Shown here piece after piece: positions 59,167 through 64,000 of a DNA stretch of 64,000 bases; position 1 is the first letter of the stretch; each line of letters opens with the position of its first letter. Position numbers and translations under genes: made by a program. The notes beneath the pieces were generated by a model, which was not told the origin of the DNA, did not search any database, and was given only the letters and a program-made list of their open reading frames with translations. The DNA comes from an uncultured Thermoanaerobaculia bacterium (GTDB taxonomy: Bacteria; Acidobacteriota; Thermoanaerobaculia; Gp7-AA8). The stretch is from contig CAZLGP010000055.1 in assembly GCA_964558905.1 (NCBI GenBank), forward strand, positions 10,650 through 74,649, read 5' to 3'.

Positions 59167-60302
59167 GCACCCCCTTGCAGCAGCTCGGCGGTCGGCCGGT
59201 GGACGACCGTGCCATCGTGCGTCAGGAGGGAGCCGCGGATGATCTCGTTCTCCAGATCGAGAGCGATCTCCCCCCCTTTCTTCACGAATTCGCCCGAGAG
59301 CGACTGGATGTTGCGGGCGTAGAGGACGCTCGCGTCGTACGGGACGGTCCCGGCGAGGTTCGAGTACCCGAGGATCCGCACCCCCTTGTAAACCACCTCG
59401 GCATCGAGTTGGGAGCCTTCGACATTGCCGCCGGCTTCAACGGCCAGGTCGAGAACGACCGAGCCGGGACGCATGCCGTCGAGCATCTCCCGGGTGACGA
59501 GAATCGGCGCCTTCCTGCCAGGAACCTGTGCGGTCGTGATCACGACGTCCGCCGCCGCGATATGACGGGTGACGATCTCGCGCTGCTGGCGGAGAAACTC
59601 GGCGGAGACTTCGCGGGCGTAGCCGCCGGCGCCCTCGCCGCTCTCCTCCATGGGGAGATCGATGAAGCGGCCGCCGAGCGAGGCAACCTGCTCCTTGACC
59701 GCGGGACGGATGTCGGACACCTCGACCACTGCCCCGAGGCGCTTCGCCGTGGCGAGGGCCTGCAGGCCGGCCACCCCCGCACCCATCACGACGACTCTCG
59801 CAGGTTTGATCGTGCCCGCGGCGGTCATCAGGAGAGGGAAATAGCGCGGCAACTCGGTCGCGGCGACCAGGGCCGCCTTGTAGCCGGCGATGCTGGCCTG
59901 CGAGGACAGCGCGTCCATCGTCTGGGCCCGCGTGGTGCGCGGGATGAGCTCCATGGCGAAGCTCGTCACTTTCCGCTCGACGAGACCGCGGACGAGGTCG
60001 AGATGGCGGTGCGGCGCAAGGAGTGCGATGAGGATCGCACCGGGCTTCATCGACGCGACGTCGGACAGGAGTGGCGGGGCGACCGACGCCACGACGTCCG
60101 CGCCCGCGAAGCCTTCGCCGCGGCTCACGATCGTGGCACCGGCCGCGACGAATTGGTCGTCCGTGATGAACGCCTTTTCCCCCGCGCCCGACTCGACGGA
60201 GGCGGCAAGTCCGGCCTTGATGAAAAGCCTCACGGTCTCGGGCGTCGCCGCCACTCGCGTCTCGCCGGGAGGAGATTCCTTCGGAATGAATAGGTTCGGC
60301 AT
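59163..60302 (-). CDS. pntAA: NAD(P) transhydrogenase alpha subunit part 1 (dI, NAD(H)-binding)
   Basis: Alanine-dehydrogenase-like fold with Rossmann motif VVMGAGVAGL. Confidence 0.9.
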   Translation of the reverse strand: MPNLFIPKESPPGETRVAATPETVRLFIKAGLAASVESGAGEKAFITDDQFVAAGATIVSRGEGFAGADVVASVAPPLLSDVASMKPGAILIALLAPHRHLDLVRGLVERKVTSFAMELIPRTTRAQTMDALSSQASIAGYKAALVAATELPRYFPLLMTAAGTIKPARVVVMGAGVAGLQALATAKRLGAVVEVSDIRPAVKEQVASLGGRFIDLPMEESGEGAGGYAREVSAEFLRQQREIVTRHIAAADVVITTAQVPGRKAPILVTREMLDGMRPGSVVLDLAVEAGGNVEGSQLDAEVVYKGVRILGYSNLAGTVPYDASVLYARNIQSLSGEFVKKGGEIALDLENEIIRGSLLTHDGTVVHRPTAELLQGGA

Positions 60303-60394
60303 GGCCGGCGAATTCTACCTACTTGCGGAATGGGCGCATGTGACGATGAGGGGCGCCGGAAATCCACGAATCTGCTAGTGCTAGAGCTAGCCCG

Positions 60395-61420
60395 CTAGAA
60401 AAGGTCTCCCTGTTTCCGCGCTGCGCTGAGTGGGTAGCCGAGGTGCTCATAGGCGGTGCGGCTGGCAACGCGCCCGCGGGGGGTGCGTTGGAGAAAGCCG
60501 ATCTGGATGAGGTAGGGCTCGTAGAGGTCCTCGATGGTACCGCGGTCCTCGCCGATCGAAGATGCGAGCGCGTTGAGGCCGACCGGGCCGCCGCCGAAGC
60601 GCTCGATCACGGTGTTCAGGAGCTTGCGGTCGATCTCGTCGAGCCCGTACTCGTCGACTTCGAGCATGTGCAGCGCCTCGCGTGCAATGGCGACGTCGAC
60701 CCGGCCCTCGTGACGCACTTCGGCGAAATCGCGTACGCGGCGCAGCAGTCGGTTGGCGATGCGGGGCGTACCGCGCGAGCGCCGCGCGAGCTCGACCGCG
60801 GCGTCGCGCTCGGTGGGTATGCCGAGGATGTCGGCGGAGCGGCGGACGATGATCGTCAGCGACTCGACGTCGTAGAAGTCGAGGCGGTGGACGATGCCGA
60901 AGCGCGCGCGCAGCGGGGCGGTGAGGAGGCCGGCACGCGTCGTTGCGCCGACGAGGGTGAAGCGCGGCAGCTCGACCTTCAACGTGCGCGCCGCCGGTCC
61001 CTGTCCGATGACGACGTCGACGTGAAAGTCCTCCATCGCCGAGTAGAGGACTTCCTCGACGATGGCCGGCAGGCGGTGGATCTCGTCGATGAACAGCACG
61101 TCGCCGGCTTCGAGGTTCGTGACGATGGCCACGAGGTCGCCCGGCTTCTCGAGCGCGGGACCGGAAGTCGAGCGGAGGCTGGCGTTCATCTCGTTGGCGA
61201 CGATGTTCGCGAGCGTGGTCTTGCCGAGGCCGGGGGGGCCGAACAGGAGGACGTGATCGAGCGCCTCGGCGCGGTTGCGGGCGGCGGTGAGGGAGATCTC
61301 GAGGTTCGCCTTCACCTTGTGCTGACCGATGTACTCGCGCAGCAGTCTGGGGCGGAGGGAGAGCTCGGTCTGGAGGTCGTCCTGGTCGGGAGTTGCGGCG
61401 AGGATGCGCTCGTCGGTCAC
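60395..61420 (-). CDS. ruvB: Holliday junction branch migration helicase RuvB
   Basis: GPPGLGKTT Walker A. DEIHRL. C-terminal winged helix. Confidence 0.95.
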   Translation of the reverse strand: MTDERILAATPDQDDLQTELSLRPRLLREYIGQHKVKANLEISLTAARNRAEALDHVLLFGPPGLGKTTLANIVANEMNASLRSTSGPALEKPGDLVAIVTNLEAGDVLFIDEIHRLPAIVEEVLYSAMEDFHVDVVIGQGPAARTLKVELPRFTLVGATTRAGLLTAPLRARFGIVHRLDFYDVESLTIIVRRSADILGIPTERDAAVELARRSRGTPRIANRLLRRVRDFAEVRHEGRVDVAIAREALHMLEVDEYGLDEIDRKLLNTVIERFGGGPVGLNALASSIGEDRGTIEDLYEPYLIQIGFLQRTPRGRVASRTAYEHLGYPLSAARKQGDLF

Positions 61421-61439
61421 GGTCGGCAGTCTAACTCCA

Positions 61440-61680
61440 ACCCCAACTCTTCTAACCCTGAGGAGCGAAGCGACGAAGGGTCAAGGGAGCCCCCGCGCTG
61501 CGTCGGCCGAAGCACTGTGAGGGCTCCGCGGACCCTTCGCTCCGCTCAGGGGTTGCGACGAAGGGTCAAGGGCGCCCCCGCGCTGCATCGGCAACGGCAT
61601 CGAGAGGGCTCCGTTGACCCTTCGCTCCGCTCAGGGGTTATGACGCTGACCCTTCGCTCCGCTCAGGGTTGACCCGACGG
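61440..61680. repeat. two to three tandem MITE-like copies of the GACCCTTCGCTCCGCTCAGGG family
   Basis: CCCTGAGGAGCGAAGCGACGAAGGGTCAAGGGAGCCCCCGCGCTGC...GACCCTTCGCTCCGCTCAGGGG is repeated. The last copy overlaps the 3' end of the kinase CDS. Confidence 0.8.
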
Positions 61681-63286
61681 GGAGTGTCACGACGATGCTC
61701 GTGCCCTCCCCCTCCTGGGAGGTCACGTCGATCTTTCCGCCATGCTCCTGGACGATGCGGTACGAGATGGCCATGCCCAGGCCTGTACCGGAGGGGAAGT
61801 TCGTGCGGAAGGGCTGGAAGATCCGCTGCAGGTCGGCCGGGGACATGCCGCGGCCGTTGTCGGTGAAGATGATTTGGTACGACGAGTCGGCGACGGTCGT
61901 GCGCACCGTGAGGACGCCGCCCTTCGGCATGGCCGCGACGGCGTTGCGGGCGAGATTCCAAAACACCTGGCGGATCTGATCCCCGTCGCCGACGAACGGG
62001 AAGGAGGGCGGATCGATCTCGCGCCGGAGCTCGTGGCTCTCACGGAGCTCGGGCGAGTTCTCGAGGAGATCGAGGGTCTCGGAGAGACTGGCGGCCACAT
62101 CGAACTCCACGGCTCGCTTCTCCTGCGGACGGACGAAGCGGAGGAAGTCGGAGATCGATTTGTTCAGCCGTTCCGATTCCTTCAACACGATGGACATCAG
62201 CCGCTGCTCCTGGGGCGTGAGCGACTGCGACTTCTTCAGCACCTGCACCGACCCGGCGATCGCCGCGAGGGGATTCCGGATCTCGTGCGCGATTCCCGCG
62301 GACAACTCCCCCACCGCCGCCATCCTGTCCTTGAGCCGCACCTCGGCCTCGAGCTTCTTCACGTCGGTCAGATCCTGAAAGATGACCGTGTAGCCGGAGA
62401 AGTGCCCCTCGAGCGTGCTGAGCGGACTGATGGCGAAGCCGAGGCTCCGGCGCTCGCCGTCGGGGTGAACATGATCGCTCTCCCTCCGGAGGATACTGCC
62501 CGTGGACAGATCCACGCGCGCCACCTCCCACTCCTGGGGAGTGAAGAACCCGAGCGCCGTCACATGCCGGCCGAGCGTCGACAGAGCATCCGTGCGGAGG
62601 ATGCTCGCGCCGGCGGGGTTGATGAACGTCGCGGTGCCGGAGGACGAGAGCGTGATCAAGCCGGACGGAATCGAGTCGACGACGTTCTGATTCAGAGCGC
62701 GAAGCTCCGCCAGGTTCTGACGGTTCGCGTCGAGCTCGCGCGCCGTCCGCTGGAGCTGCTCGGAGAGGTATGAGGTGAGCAGGGCCGTGGCATAGAAGCC
62801 GGAGAAGTTCGCGGCCATGTTCAGGTAGAGCCGCGAGGAGGTCCAGGCCACGGGCAGCAGCAGCGTCTGCTCGGGCATCGGAAGCACGCCGTAGTACATG
62901 AGATCGACCAGCGCACCGTAGAAGATCGACGCCGCGGATGCCGCGAGCAGGCCGCCCCGCCGGTAGAGCAGCATCGACGCCGTGATGACGGAGACGAGAT
63001 AGAGGAACGAGAACGGCGAGTCGAGACCTCCGGTGAAGTAGACCAGCAGCGTCTCCACGCCGAGGTCGCCGCCGGTCTGGATGGCGAGATTGAGGTTGCG
63101 CGAGGGGAAGGCGAACGCGAGACCGATGTACACGAGTGTGAGCGCGTAGCTGACGCCCGCGGCCGCGTAGAGGTAGTCGAGAGGAAGAACCTCGCGGATC
63201 GTGTACTGGATGATCAGGGCCGCGAGCAGGAGCGTGGTGACGACCACGACCCGGACGGCGATGAGCATCCGGACGTCATTACTCAT
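61631..63286 (-). CDS. PAS-domain sensor histidine kinase (PilS-like; next to pilC)
   Basis: Multi-transmembrane N-terminus, PAS domain, HisKA (ELSAGIAHEIRNPL), HATPase_c (DNGRGM, GTGLGM). Confidence 0.85.
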   Translation of the reverse strand: MSNDVRMLIAVRVVVVTTLLLAALIIQYTIREVLPLDYLYAAAGVSYALTLVYIGLAFAFPSRNLNLAIQTGGDLGVETLLVYFTGGLDSPFSFLYLVSVITASMLLYRRGGLLAASAASIFYGALVDLMYYGVLPMPEQTLLLPVAWTSSRLYLNMAANFSGFYATALLTSYLSEQLQRTARELDANRQNLAELRALNQNVVDSIPSGLITLSSSGTATFINPAGASILRTDALSTLGRHVTALGFFTPQEWEVARVDLSTGSILRRESDHVHPDGERRSLGFAISPLSTLEGHFSGYTVIFQDLTDVKKLEAEVRLKDRMAAVGELSAGIAHEIRNPLAAIAGSVQVLKKSQSLTPQEQRLMSIVLKESERLNKSISDFLRFVRPQEKRAVEFDVAASLSETLDLLENSPELRESHELRREIDPPSFPFVGDGDQIRQVFWNLARNAVAAMPKGGVLTVRTTVADSSYQIIFTDNGRGMSPADLQRIFQPFRTNFPSGTGLGMAISYRIVQEHGGKIDVTSQEGEGTSIVVTLPVGSTLSGAKGQRHNP

Positions 63287-63289
63287 GGC

Positions 63290-63412
63290 AGTGCTGAGTG
63301 CTGCGTGCTGAGTGCTGAGTGACGCTCCACGCCAGGGCGACCTTCGCGCCTGGGCGGGCGGGACTCAGCACTCGGCACTCAGCACTCAGCACTGCAGGCG
63401 GGCCGGAGCCCG
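63290..63412. repeat. inverted (GTGCTGAG)n arrays flanking a GC-rich palindrome
   Basis: GCAGTGCTGAGTGCTGCGTGCTGAGTGCTGAG...inner palindrome CGCCAGGGCGACCTTCGCGCCTGGGCG...CTCAGCACTCGGCACTCAGCACTCAGCACTGC. Confidence 0.85.
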
Positions 63413-63427
63413 CCCGCGCACGTGCGA

Positions 63428-64000
63428 TTATCCCAGCTGTCCGATCAGCGTGAACATCGGCATGTACATCGCGATGACGATGCCGCCGATGGCGACGCCG
63501 AGGAACGCGATGAGGACGGGCTCGAGGAGCTTCATCAGGCCGGCCACGGCCACGTCGACTTCTTCCTCATAGAATTCCGCGATTTTCGAGAGCATGGTGT
63601 CGAGAGCGCCGGTCTGTTCGCCGACGGCGATCATCTGCACGACCATCGGCGGAAAGATCTCGGTGTCGCCCAGCGGCTCGCTGATCGTCTTTCCTTCCTC
63701 GACGGATTTGCGCGTGGACATGATCGCGTCTTCGATCACGGAGTTCCCGGCGGTGCGCGCCGTGATGGTCAGGCCGTCGAGGATGGGAACGCCCGACGAC
63801 GTCAACGTCGCGAGCGTGCGGCAGAAGCGGGCCACGGCGATCTTGCGCAACAGAATGCCGATGATCGGCGCCTTCAGCAGCAGGCCGTCGAGGACGCGCT
63901 TGCCCTTGTACGTCTGGTGGTACTTCTTGGTAGCGAACCAGCCCGCGACGAACAGCAGCATGATCAGCCACCAGAAGTCGGCGATGAAGTTCGACAGGGC
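63428..64000 (-). CDS. pilC: type IV pilus assembly protein PilC (GspF family); 5' end beyond the window
   Basis: GspF-domain C-terminal region ...IAVGEQTGALDTML...; the reading frame is still open at 64000. Confidence 0.8.
   Translation of the reverse strand, partial: ALSNFIADFWWLIMLLFVAGWFATKKYHQTYKGKRVLDGLLLKAPIIGILLRKIAVARFCRTLATLTSSGVPILDGLTITARTAGNSVIEDAIMSTRKSVEEGKTISEPLGDTEIFPPMVVQMIAVGEQTGALDTMLSKIAEFYEEEVDVAVAGLMKLLEPVLIAFLGVAIGGIVIAMYMPMFTLIGQLG

Overview
High-GC (~65-70%) bacterial chromosomal segment with no rRNA, tRNA or CRISPR array seen by eye. The gene content (DUF5916, DUF1573, many small palindromic repeats) loosely suggests an Acidobacteria- or Gemmatimonadetes-like soil bacterium, but this cannot be verified. 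Housekeeping genes include nadE, a TolC-MFP-RND efflux operon, hflKC, a class II ribonucleotide reductase (nrdJ), nadB, pntAA-pntAB-pntB, ruvB, a PAS histidine kinase and a partial pilC. Two accessory regions stand out. (i) 15.4-19.2 kb: a 939-aa AEP primase-polymerase / SF2 helicase / DUF559 endonuclease fusion with a translationally coupled small ORF, beside decayed nucleotidyltransferase and GxxExxY genes. (ii) 38.1-46.4 kb: a lower-GC defence islet holding a DUF4258/DUF2283 toxin-antitoxin pair, a divergent zinc-ribbon gene, an uncharacterised coupled two-gene PD-(D/E)xK operon convergent on vsr-dcm, an sce7726/sce7725 pair and HigB/HigA-ImmA. The two-gene PD-(D/E)xK operon next to Dcm-Vsr is the best candidate for an undescribed restriction or defence module. 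The window is also unusually rich in intergenic palindromic repeat families. These include inverted arrays of tandem octamers, a GACCCTTCGCTCCGCTCAGGG element that supplies the stop of the histidine kinase, a short GC-rich hairpin family and modular composite elements. Coordinates of CDS include stop codons. Start codons were chosen by inspection (ATG/GTG/TTG), and several are uncertain.
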